Part shown: one piece after another, positions 22,678 to 33,719 of the stretch
Layout: each line of letters starts with the position of its first letter
Numbering within the stretch: the first letter of the stretch is position 1
Assembly (NCBI RefSeq): GCF_006345805.1
Contig: NW_021834607.1
Span: 1 to 46,321 of the forward strand
Source of the DNA: Octopus sinensis
Lineage: Eukaryota
DNA length: 46,321 bases
Reading direction: 5' to 3'
Notes under the pieces: generated by a model
What the model saw: only the letters and a program-made list of their open reading frames with translations
Databases searched by the model: none
Told to the model about the DNA's origin: nothing
Translations under genes and position numbers: made by a program

Positions 22678-24027
22678 AATACAAATGGACCAGCACAAGA
22701 TCGTTTTAGGAAGGATATTATCCAGTTAATGAAACACTTCGGACTTAGTATAACTATAGACACTAACCTGACGGTTGTCAATTTCTTAGACGTTTCCTTA
22801 TATCTTAATAATAATATTTATAAGCCTTATAGGAAGCCCAATGATAGACTAAGTTATATTAATGTAGGTTCATGCCATCCCCCTATAGTATTCAAAAATT
22901 TAGTTAAAAATATTAGTAAGAGGATTTCTAGCCTCTCATCTAATGAGGACATCTTCAATAGCGTTGCCCCAGTTATAATAAAGCTTTAAAAGATAGTGGT
23001 TTTAGCGAAAAAATAAAATATACACCTATCACCAGCCCAACAGTAAGGAAAAGGAATAATAGAAATAGGAAGGTCATCTGGTTTACGCCCCCTTACTCAC
23101 CCGAGGTGGCCTTCAATATAGGTAAATATTCCTAGCACTAATAGATAGACATTTTCCAGTTAACCATGCTTATAGGAAACTCTTCAATAGACACAATTTA
23201 AAAATTAGTTTTAGTTCAACTACCAATTTTAAAAACATAATCAATCATAACATACAAAAAACACAAGAAGAAAACAGCTGTTCATGCAGGAATAAAGAAT
23301 TGTGCCCGCTAAATGGAGCTTGCATGTCCAAGACCATCATATATGAAGCTACCGTAAACTCTATAACCACTAAAGACACCGTTTCGACGAAGAAATACGT
23401 GGGCCTGACAGAGGGGGTAATTCAAGGCCAGGTTCAATAACCACACTTGAGCTTTAGGCACTGGAACAAAAGAAAAGCGACACAATTATCCAATCATATT
23501 TGGTCTTTAAGAGATAAAGGTGTCGATTATAACATACAATGGAAGATTTGGCCTGGCCAGATGTAAGCCCTACACTAACGGCAGCGGAAGGTGCGGTTTA
23601 TGCGACATGGAGAGATGGCTTATCTGGAAAAGCAGCTTAGACCCTACCACATGTCTAAATACAAGGACAGAGCTTTTCGGATCATGCCCACATGTGACTA
23701 AATTTCTGTTACGTTTTTGGTCCCCTAAAGAAAACGATATAGAACATGCTTTCTGTGTTATGTCCCAAGAAGATTTTATATATTTTTATATATTTTTATA
23801 TATTTTTATGTATTTTTATATAATTTTTATGACGAAAACTGCGAGCGATGTATAAGTACGCAGGCAAAGCAGAGTTATAACAGAGTAATTTCCCTTCATT
23901 TTTAACGGTATTTTTTCATAACGTTTTCAAATAGCCAGATAACGAAGAGATGGTGTTGTGGATTTCCACTTCGCATCTGAAACTCAGAGTTTTATCTTGA
24001 CTACCGAGTAATGTAACATATTGTATA
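22675..24027 (+). mobile_element. Penelope-like element, inverted right copy (RT C-terminal part, GIY-YIG, 3' UTR)
   Basis: Near-identical reverse complement of 21060-22404 with scattered 1-bp indels; ends in (TA)n. Confidence 0.92.
23937..23997 (+). ncRNA. Variant hammerhead-like motif in the Penelope 3' UTR (right arm)
   Basis: Mirror copy of 21090-21152 with two 1-bp deletions. Confidence 0.4.
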
Positions 24028-24684
24028 TATATATATATATATATAATATATATATATTAATATGTTCTCTTTATTCCGTTTTGTTTATATCCTGGTTAAT
24101 CGCGATGAAAATTATCCAACATTTGTTCATTCCATTTCTTTTGACAACATTTTCTTAAAACTGAGGGATTCATTGTGAGAGATTGGTCTGGCGGCTATTT
24201 CTAGCTGATCGAATGACTTCATAAAGCCACCTTCATTGTATTTTATGCTTCATTACATTCATCCACCCAAACACACACACACATACACACGCACACACAC
24301 ACACATACATACACACTCACTCTCTTTCGCACACACACACACACACACACATTCATCACTCTTCTCACTCTTTCTCCCTTTTTACCGTCAAATTCCAACA
24401 TTTTTTCTGTTTATCTGTCTATTCCACATTTATTCTGCTTTTGCCTCATCTTTCCCGTTCTCTCTCTCTCTCTATCTCTCTCTCTCTCTCTCTCTCAGTT
24501 CAGTTGTCTGATCATTAATATCTCTCCACAACCTCTTTACTCTCTTCCCACAGCCTATCTGTCTGTCCAAATGTCTATCGTCTCTCTCTTCTTCTCCTCT
24601 CTCTCTCTCTATATATATATGTGAGTGGGTATACATATACATACATAACATATATATATATAATATATATATATATTATATATA

Positions 24685-24722
<38 letters not shown>

Positions 24723-25239
24723 CGTACATACATACATACGTATGTGGTATGTATACCTTCTCTGTCCCTGTACTCTCTTTGTGTCCTTTTCCTGTCTCTC
24801 TTGTTCCTTCCTCTTCAGGCATTAATCATTTCCTAACATTCACTACCTCTACTTCATCACTCTCACCTCTTTCCGCAGCCATTAACAGAATCTCTCCTCA
24901 ATGGCTACGCTGTCCGCCAATAACATAATTACTGCTACACTCAGCTGAAGAAGGCACCACATGCTGACTCGAACCATTCTCCCTACGATACTTACTCCCA
25001 CTTCAACTTAGGCACTAACTCTACACAGCAAATGCGACCCTTATAGGAAAGGACATTGTGTCGTTCATGCACACATGTGCACAAGATATGCACATCGATA
25101 TTTATTCCTTTAAAGAAACATTTAGAGACTCGTGTATACAAATACATGCAAACACGTATATAGTATATGTACACATACAGACACACAAAGACACACATAC
25201 ATATGCATGTATATATATATATATAGAGAGAGAGAGATT

Positions 25240-25275
<36 letters not shown>

Positions 25276-25632
25276 AATAGGAAAATGGAGGGGATCAAGC
25301 GGTGGTTCATCAACTTTTAGACATTATTTTACGCCAATTTCTTTATTTAATTATTTATTTACTAAAATTACAATTACAAAAACATACATACATGTATATC
25401 ATATTATGTTTTACATACAAAATATAATAAAGATACCAGCAATTATTAAAATAGATTAATGGTAAAATAAATATTTACCCTCATCCATTTAGTACACTCG
25501 GTAATGTAATTGCAATGCAAAAAAAAAACACTTGCGCATTAATAATTGGGTATTCAACCAGCAGTATATTGGATAGATATTATCCCTTAGTTGGTTGGAT
25601 TCACAACCTCTAACTTTCTTGGAATATATATA

Positions 25633-25805
25633 TGAAACGCGGAGTAGACGAAACGGGGACAACTGAAGAAGGGGAATATTCCTTGTGTTGTATGTCTTGT
25701 ACTCTGTTTTGTTGTTGTTGTTTGAAATAAATTTCGTTTCCATGTTTTTGTTTTTATGCTTTCGTTTCTCATTGTGTTCAATGTTTTTTTGGTGTCCTGT
25801 ATCCA
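25633..25805 (+). mobile_element. (TA)n-flanked repeat (family Y), 3' part
   Basis: Shares gaaa.g.ggagtaga...ga.gaaggg and the terminus gtcctgta(t/c)ccatatat with 30765-30915. Confidence 0.55.
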
Positions 25806-25853
25806 TATATGCTTGCATATATACATATAGATGTAGGTATGTACATATATGTA

Positions 25854-25892
<39 letters not shown>

Positions 25893-25896
<4 letters not shown>

Positions 25897-26037
25897 GGGG
25901 GAGAATTCACAGAAAAACACAAACGACGAAGACAAGTGGTGTAGACAACAAACAGATGTATTTGTTTAACGCTCAGGAAGTGAAAAAGTATTTAACATTT
26001 CGAGCCTACGATCTTCAACAGAAAGGAACACAGAAAG
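25893..26037 (-). mobile_element. Family X mini-element, truncated and diverged; hammerhead-like motif at 25988-26029
   Basis: Minus strand GTTCCTTT-CTGTTGAA-GATC-GTAG-GCTC-GAAAT-GTT-AAATAC; body matches the other two copies. Confidence 0.7.
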
Positions 26038-26144
26038 TGGTCAGGGATATTGCATTCATGATAGTAAGATGTTGGTTTCCATCCCTCCAGTCCACTTAGT
26101 TGGCAAAAATGAGTAATCCAGCAACGGATCGACGTCAAGTTCAG

Positions 26145-26310
26145 GGTGGTATTATATATTATTTACATTATTCACATTTGACGGATATTTATCTTTCTTG
26201 CTAATACAACGTTTCCGCTGATATACCCTCCAGCCTTTATCCGATGACATGGGGAAATTTCGAACCTGAGTTCTCATTCCTAAGGTATATTTCTAAGTTG
26301 TTGTTTCTTT
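26145..26310 (-). mobile_element. Probable Penelope-end repeat with a degenerate hammerhead motif at 26206-26246
   Basis: Minus strand CGGATAAA-GGCTG-GAGGGTATAT-CAGCG-GAAACGTTG; stem II and palindromic AACGTT remain, core is decayed. Element boundaries are approximate. Confidence 0.4.
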
Positions 26311-26420
26311 CAGGCTCAATAGAATTAGTACTAGTTGAGCACTGGTGTCAGTCTAATTGACTCACGGCATCCCGACAAATTTCAGGCCTTCAGCCTATAG
26401 TAGAAAGGATTATTTTTATT
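26310..26420 (+). mobile_element. SINE family A, 3' half fragment
   Basis: agtactagttgagcactgg.gtc...aaatttcaggcctt...cctatagtagaaaggattatt tail, as at 40990-41070 on the minus strand. Confidence 0.6.
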
Positions 26421-26502
26421 TTTATTATTGTTGTTGCTGTTGATGTTGTTGATGTTGTTGTTGTTGTTGTTGTTATTATTGTTATTATTATTATTATTAT
26501 TA

Positions 26503-26556
<54 letters not shown>

Positions 26557-26990
26557 GGCGGCGAGCTGGCAGAATCGTTAGCACGCCGGGCGAAATGCTT
26601 AGCAGTATTTCGTCTGCCGTTACGTTCTGAGTTCAAATTCCGCCGAGGTCGACTTTACCTTTCATCCTTTCGGGATCGATTGAATAAGTACCAGTTACGC
26701 ACTAGGATCGATATAATCGATTTAATCCGTTTGTCTGTCCTTGTTTGTCCCCTTTGTATGTAGCCCCCTTGTGGGCAGTAAAAAAATAAGAAACTTTAGC
26801 GCACCGGACGAAATATTTAGCGGTATTTCGTTTGTCTTCACGTGCTGAGTTCAAATTCCGCCGAGGTCGACTTTGCCATTCATCCTTTCGCGGTCGATAA
26901 ACTAAGTACCAGTTTATGGTTTGATCTAATCGACTGGCCTCTCCTCCAAAATTTCGGGCCTTGTGCCTAGAGTAGAAAAGTTTATTATCA
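26557..26990 (+). mobile_element. Two tandem SINE family A copies with different 3' tails
   Basis: 26557-26790 ends ...ttaatccgtttgtctgtcc...gccccttgtggg; 26791-26990 repeats the body and ends ...caaaatttcgggccttgtgcctagagtagaaaag. Both flanks are (ATT)n-type arrays. Confidence 0.9.
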
Positions 26991-26994
26991 TCAT

Positions 26995-27032
<38 letters not shown>

Positions 27033-27041
27033 TACTACTAC

Positions 27042-27094
<53 letters not shown>

Positions 27095-28219
27095 TATTAT
27101 TTCATCTAGAGGCAAATTTTCGCAGTACGATGGAGGCGGTTAACGTTCTTTTTGGCGCCTGCGGAAGAAAACATGGACGTAATGAGTTCCAGAGTATTAT
27201 CATTCTCAGTATGTTTTGTTTTTCCTTCCTGGTTTAGCCGGGAAAAACGGAACAGAAGACAATATAGTAGCGAGAGAAGGGTTACAGACGGGAGATAGCA
27301 CAACTGGAACGTGCTCATTAGTAATTACGATCCAATTAGTCAAGTGGCTCTCCCACGGATGTGACCCCAGATGTCTGTGTGCTCTATCCTAGATGTGGGA
27401 GCAGATCTCCATTGTGGGTTTCAAATGATCCTTGTAGTGCCAGCAGATGCTGAGAGCTAAAATATCTGCTAATTTTGGAATGCTGTCCAAGCAAAACTAA
27501 AGGTATGATTTCACCAAATAGGATTTTCTTTAATATCGAGTCCCAGAATTTGAAGTGACTGCGAGGACTGTGCTTCAGTGTTGCTCATATTTGGAGAGCG
27601 TGTGGTGTGTTGTGGTGGTATTTTTTAAATATGACTTGTGTATGATATTTCTTTTTCCTTTGCTGTTAAAAGAAATACTCTGGAGCATGACCCTGCTAAC
27701 AGTTTGTGAAATTGGAAAACAGAAAAAAAAGACAAAATGAAACCCGTTCATAATTAATCTGTGCATCTTAGTATTGTTGCTCGCTGTTGTAACAGTGACG
27801 TCTCTTAGTTACTATACGTCCACTATTCCTGGTGGGGGTCATAGGAAAAGAGTCCTCAGACACTTCCTCAATGGGGTCTTATGAGTCTTACGAGAAGCAA
27901 CAATCATTAAACTTACCTACTGGACTCCCAAGCGTGGTCAAACATGAATATGGATATCATCCTATCTTTCTGTTCTAGGTCTATCCCTAAGTCTCCTGGC
28001 GGTTGGCTAAGCTTGAAGAACTTAACTTATGATCCTTTCATTCAACATTCTAAACACATGTTTGTTGTACTGGGTTTCGGACCTTTCAATGTAGAGAGTT
28101 CGCGTAATTGTCCCAGAAAAAAAAATCTAGTCGGGTGCTGTACCACTTCTTACATTCGACTGCTCGAACAGAAACCATTCTTGACCATCTAGCTTTGCAT
28201 ACTATACCAGACTAATGAA

Positions 28220-28438
28220 AGACGGTGAGCGGGCTGAGCCGTTCGCACGCCGGGCAAAGAGCTTAGCAGCATAACACACGTCTTGACCTTCTGGGTTCAA
28301 ATTCTGCCGAAGTCGCCTTTGCATTTGATCTTTTGGGGATCAATAAAATAGGTACCAGTAAGGCACTGAGGTTGATGTCATCGATTTACCGCCTGACTCT
28401 AAATTTCTGCCCTTGTGCCAAAATCTGAAACCAATATA
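28220..28438 (+). mobile_element. SINE family A, diverged copy
   Basis: gcacgccgggcaaa..gcttagc...gggttcaaattctgccgaagtcgcctttgc. Confidence 0.8.
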
Positions 28439-28741
28439 TCAGACCAATCGGACAAATGAGCAATTAGTGATTAGGTGATGAACGATTAGTGATTGGGTGA
28501 TGTTCAGCCATCGTGCAAGTGAATTTATACGGTTGTAAATCATGAATAGCTTCAACGGCGATTCGAAAACGGGAAGTGCGATTTACAGTAAACTTAAAAT
28601 GTTTTCGCTCACAATAAAGATATTTTGAAGAAAAGGATTAAAATTTAAGAAATATATATATATACATATGCACATGCATACACACATATATACATACATA
28701 CAGACATGCATACATATAAGTATGCATGTATATATATATAT

Positions 28742-28776
<35 letters not shown>

Positions 28777-29080
28777 CATGTGTGTCCCTTTCTGTGTTTT
28801 TGTGTGTTTGTGTATGTTGCCCCGCTACCAAAAAAAAAAAATGCATTTCTTCAATTGAGAAGTTTGAAAAAGGATACATTTTGAAGAATTTTAAACTACA
28901 ATGAGCAGAATTTCTCAATATGTGATTGTTAATGTTTAAATGTCTGATAAATAAATAAATAAAAATAATAATAATAACTAAAACTAAGAAACTAAAAAAC
29001 TAAAAATTAAAAAAAAAACAGCAACTTTAACAACGACACCAAATAATTGTCTGTTCGTATGTATGTGTGCATATGTGTGT

Positions 29081-29132
<52 letters not shown>

Positions 29133-29518
29133 TGTGTGTGTGTGTGTACGCATGCATGTATGTAATAAGCGAAGAAAAAACTCTCGAATAAAGTGAAGAA
29201 AGCATTTGAACCTAGATTTAAATTATCGCAGTAGGTTATAAACAGGAGGGAATCTAAATTATGTTGGAATGGTAAACGGTGAAAAAAAGAAAAAGAAAAA
29301 AAAAAGGAATTGGAAAAATAAGGCAAATATTTTTTTTTCTTTAAAAGGCGTATAAGACAAGCTTTATCATCAACAAAATATATGCATATTGATGTTGTTT
29401 TTTTTTGTAGTTGTTGTCCTCGAAATTATATGAGTTGACAATCTCAAGTATAAGATGCTCACACACAAACACACACACACACACAGATACACAGATGATA
29501 CACAAATACATACATACA

Positions 29519-29519
<1 letters not shown>

Positions 29520-29556
<37 letters not shown>

Positions 29557-29661
29557 CATACACATACATATTTATATTTGTACTTATATACGTGTGTGTG
29601 TATATGTATATATATAATATATATGTTTATATATATATATATATAATATATATATATGCAT

Positions 29662-29709
<48 letters not shown>

Positions 29710-29723
29710 TATATATATATATA

Positions 29724-29776
<53 letters not shown>

Positions 29777-29800
29777 ATATATATATTATATATATATGTA
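29520..29800. repeat. (TA)n-dominated microsatellite
   Basis: Direct reading; one of many (TA)n, (CA)n and (TACA)n blocks in the window. Confidence 0.95.
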
Positions 29801-30198
29801 AGCGTGTGTGCTAGTGTATATAAGGGTATGAATATTTCATATATGTCTGTATGTATGTGTGCGTGTGATCTAGTGTGTACATTAATTATTTTGGGGCGCG
29901 AATAATATTGGTCTTTTTTTTTTTTACCTCTACATGTCACAATAGTCTTTTAAACGTTCAGAAAAATATATGATCTCTCGCATGTATTCCGTTCTTTTTT
30001 GCTTAAATTAAAATGTTTCAAAGAGACACTTGCTAGAAAAATATATTTATTTGTGAAATGAAGCAATAAAGAAATTTATGTTGGTAAATGCTTTAAAATT
30101 ATTAATACTTCTCTATCGCCATCTTTCTTTTTCTTTCTTTATGTATGACTGCTTGTGTTGTGCATGTTCGTGTGTGTCTGAGTGCGAAAGAATGTTTG

Positions 30199-30230
<32 letters not shown>

Positions 30231-30300
30231 ACACACACACACACACCACACAGGGAGACAGATTGATAGATCAATACAAATACACATATGTATAGGTAGG

Positions 30301-30332
<32 letters not shown>

Positions 30333-30420
30333 TATATATATATATTATATATATATATAATATATGTGGTATATATATATATATATATATGCATAGATGC
30401 ATAGATGCATATATATATAT

Positions 30421-30468
<48 letters not shown>

Positions 30469-30489
30469 ATATATATACATGTATATGTA

Positions 30490-30915
30490 TATGCATATAT
30501 GGATTTATGGAGGGTCAAAGTTGGGAACAAAAACAGGACAGTGGAGACATACAAGGAAAACGAACGGAAACAAACATCCAGGTACGTTAGACCAGAACGA
30601 GAGGAAAATAAGGAACGCTGGGAGAAATATGTTCTTTGAAAAGCAAAAAAGATAGAAGAGAGGGAAAGAAAATGTCCAGTCCTTAGAACGTCGTGCAGGA
30701 AAAGAAAGATGGAATTTATGGGAGCAACTGTCTTTGAAGACTCATATTGTCGTTGAATGCTCGAAATGAGGAGTAGATGGACAGCCGACGAATGACGAAG
30801 GGTCGTTCTCTGTGTTTAGTTGACCTGTCTAACATTTTTTCTCTTCTTTGCATATTTAACTCGTTTGTGTTAGTACTTCATGTTGTTTACACTGTTGGTA
30901 ACGTCCTGTACCCAT
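30490..30915 (+). mobile_element. (TA)n-flanked repeat (family Y), longer copy
   Basis: Bounded by (TA)n on both sides; 3' part related to 25633-25805. Confidence 0.5.
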
Positions 30916-31291
30916 ATATATATATAAAATTTATATTATTATTTAATTGAACGCCACGCATCCATTTTCAAATAAGTTTATGTGTGTATATGTATATATA
31001 TCCATACTTCATGTAGTATATGCATATATATCTATCTTTCTATCTATCTATATTTTTATGTCTGTTTGCATACTTTTATCTGTAAATCTTTGCACCTTAA
31101 TAACTCTTCCCTGACTTTTGTAGTTATATTTCAACAAACCATCAAGTGCTCAAAACCCTTCCTGTGATCATTTCTGTCCCGAAAAGACAAACTTTCCGCA
31201 GAACCTCTTACATTTTATTCCATTGTTATTCTTTTTGTTGTTGTTATTATTGTAATTGTTGTTGCTGTTATTATTATTATTATCATTATCA

Positions 31292-31329
<38 letters not shown>

Positions 31330-31511
31330 TTTTTTTTAACTTTTTTTTTCTTCTTTCAAATTTGCTTCCATTTCTTGCCGAGTGTCTTCCCGACTCCTAG
31401 GGCAAAGAAACTCATAGTATACATTGGTAGGCCATTAAACCAAACTCAATAGTTCGTTCATTTAAAAATTTTTTTTTAAGTTAAATTAAAATACATGAGC
31501 AGCAACAGTTC

Positions 31512-32894
31512 TCACATCGACAATGCTCTTCTCAATACGTGTGATGTACCAGTTAAGACAATCTTTTGCACTTCTTGCAGGGATGGTAAGCCAAGGATCA
31601 TTCTCATATAATTTTCGGTTCCCTTCTTGATCATTCCTAGTGCTCCTACGATCACTGGTATTGTAACCGCATTTTCTCCTTCAGTTACAGCCTCAGGGTG
31701 GTGATTATACCACTTGTCGGCAGTTTTGATATTGTAATGCCGACTTATTAGCCAGTGTAGATATTGGCCAACTCTGTCATGTCTTAATTTATACTCCACT
31801 GGAGCTAAGACTTTACATCCAGAGATTAGGTGGTCCACTGTTTCAATCATGTCGTTGCAGAATCGGCATTTTGGGTCTGCTCCATTTATCATCACATTGG
31901 CCTGGTAGTTCCGGGTTAATAGGCTTTGATCTTGAGCAGCAAGGATGAAACCTTCGCTCTCTGCTTTTAGCCCTGAGCTCCGTAGCCACTGATGGGTTTG
32001 CTTCTGGTCAACATCAGCTTGTTTGTTGCGGGTCACATATTTGCCGTGCAGAGGTTTCTCCTCCCACCTATCAGCCAATTGCTCGTGCGCTTTTTTCGTT
32101 GCCATTATTTTCACCTTCTTTGCAACAATAATTGCCGTACTTCTCTCGGGTTGTTCTGTTTGGGTATCCTGCACGAGATCAATAGCAAATTTTTTGCTTT
32201 CATTTATGATAGAATGAAGCTTCTTTCGTCTCTCGTGATTTTCCACGAGCTTTAGCATCCAGTCATTCGATATTTCGAGATATTTGGCCAGTCCAATTGT
32301 GGTTGTTTTGTAAGCTAGTTCAAATTGGATCAGGCCTCGACCTCCTTGGGCTCTGGGAAGATAAAGGCGATCTACGTCTGCCTTTGGGTGGTGCATCCTA
32401 TTACAACTCAGCAGCTTGCGTATTTTCCTATCTATATTTTTTACTTCACTCATATTCCAGTTCAACACATTGTAGCTATAAGTAACAACTGGAACTGCTA
32501 AGGAATTTATAGCTAACACCTTGTTACGAGCATTTAGTTCAGATTTCAGGACTGCACGAACTCTCCTATAACATTCCTTCCTGATCTTCTCTTTCATGCT
32601 TGCATGCTGAATACCAGAGCCTTCATTTATCCCTAAATATTTGTATGTTTGTTCTTGCTCAAGCTCTCTTATGACTGTGTCAACATCTAACACGACTGAA
32701 TTTGTGGTCTTCACTTTCCCTTTCTGGAAAGTGGCCTTGGCACACTTCTCAAGTCCAAACTCCATCCCGATGTCATCGCTGAATGCTTTCACGGTGCGCA
32801 ATAGGCCTTCAAGTTCATTATTGTCTTTACCATAAAGTTTTAAGTCATCCATATAAAATAGATGGCTTATTTTTTTATTGGCAATTTTATACAC
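31512..32894 (-). pseudogene. Uninterrupted 460-aa RT C-terminal / zinc knuckle frame of element A, lacking the endonuclease catalytic core
   Basis: ORF track. EAVTEGENA is joined directly to VTIPVIVGALG, so the PD..D/ExK segment normally between them is absent. Confidence 0.85.
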
Positions 32895-32964
32895 ATACCC
32901 TGTTCTGTTTAATTCACCTGTAAGGGGTATTAGGACTATGCAGAATATTAAAGGTGAAAGTGAG

Positions 32965-33612
32965 TCACCTTGAAAAATTCCACAGTTGATGTTTATATTT
33001 TCTGTTGTTTATATTATACGTGGTGGATAGACAGGTTATAGGCCGATAGTTTTTTGGATGGTTGGTTTCGTTATTCTTTGGGAGTAGGTAAGTAATGCCA
33101 CTTGCTAACCATTCAGGTGTTTTCTTTGGGTCTCTCATAATTCCATTGAGCAGCTGAACTAGCTTACCGTGTGCGCATGGGAGGGATGCGAGCCAGAAAT
33201 TCGGCACCCTATCTTTATCGGAGGATTTCCAATTATGGGCCTTCGTGAGTGCCTTTCTTAGGTCTGCTATTGTGATGTCTTCCCATGCTTGTTGTTGTAA
33301 ATTTTGGTAGGATCCTTCAGTTTGTATAATCCAGTTTGCATTTATGTTGTACGTCTTCTTGTCACTCCAAATACTTTTCCAAAAGTTTTGAACTTCTTCC
33401 ATGGGAGGGGGGTCTTTAACGGTTACTTTCTCCTTCCCTATTTCTCTGTAGAATTTTTTGGCATTGGATGTGAACAGCTTATTTTGCTTGTAAAACTTGT
33501 TTCTCTTCTCAAATCTTCGTATTCTTTGGGCTTTTGCTTGGACTTTTTGTTTCAGCGTTTCTTTTATTGATATCAGTTCTTCTCTTGGTGAGGATCCAAA
33601 TTTTCTCTTCAT
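32965..33612 (-). pseudogene. Pre-RT and RT N-terminal frame of element A
   Basis: QNKLFTSNAKKFYR, FWKSIWS, NWKSSDKDRVPNFWL and YLLPK...NYRPITCL, then a deletion and frameshift near 33005-33020 into the GIFQGDS frame. Confidence 0.85.
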
Positions 33613-33642
33613 CTTCCTGTTCTGGATCTTACATCATTTCCA

Positions 33643-33643
<1 letters not shown>

Positions 33644-33709
<66 letters not shown>

Positions 33710-33719
33710 GTTATTATTA
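33644..33719. repeat. (TTA)n microsatellite between the two R4-like elements
   Basis: Direct reading. Confidence 0.97.

Larger units (their letters stand above)
31328..33643 (-). mobile_element. R4/Dong-like RLE non-LTR retrotransposon A, 5'-truncated, with two internal deletions
   Basis: NYRPITCL, GIFQGDSLSP, HLFYMDDLKLY, RHDRVGQYLHW, CCHC knuckle CRFC...ETVDHLISGC and C-terminus LQEVQKIVLTGTSHVLRRALSM; (TAA)n on both sides. Confidence 0.9.

Noticed and set aside
24944-24985. CTGAAGAAGGCA...TGCT...GAACC
   Set aside because: There is no GAAA and the helices are weak.
27790-28192. Protein-like frames on both strands and a strong minus-strand donor AG|GTAAGT near 27918
   Set aside because: The acceptors are weak, the phases are inconsistent, and no product is recognisable.
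30730-30775. TTGAAGA...CTCGAAATG in the family Y repeat
   Set aside because: It could be a decayed hammerhead, but stem II needs several assumed indels, so it is not supportable from this copy alone.
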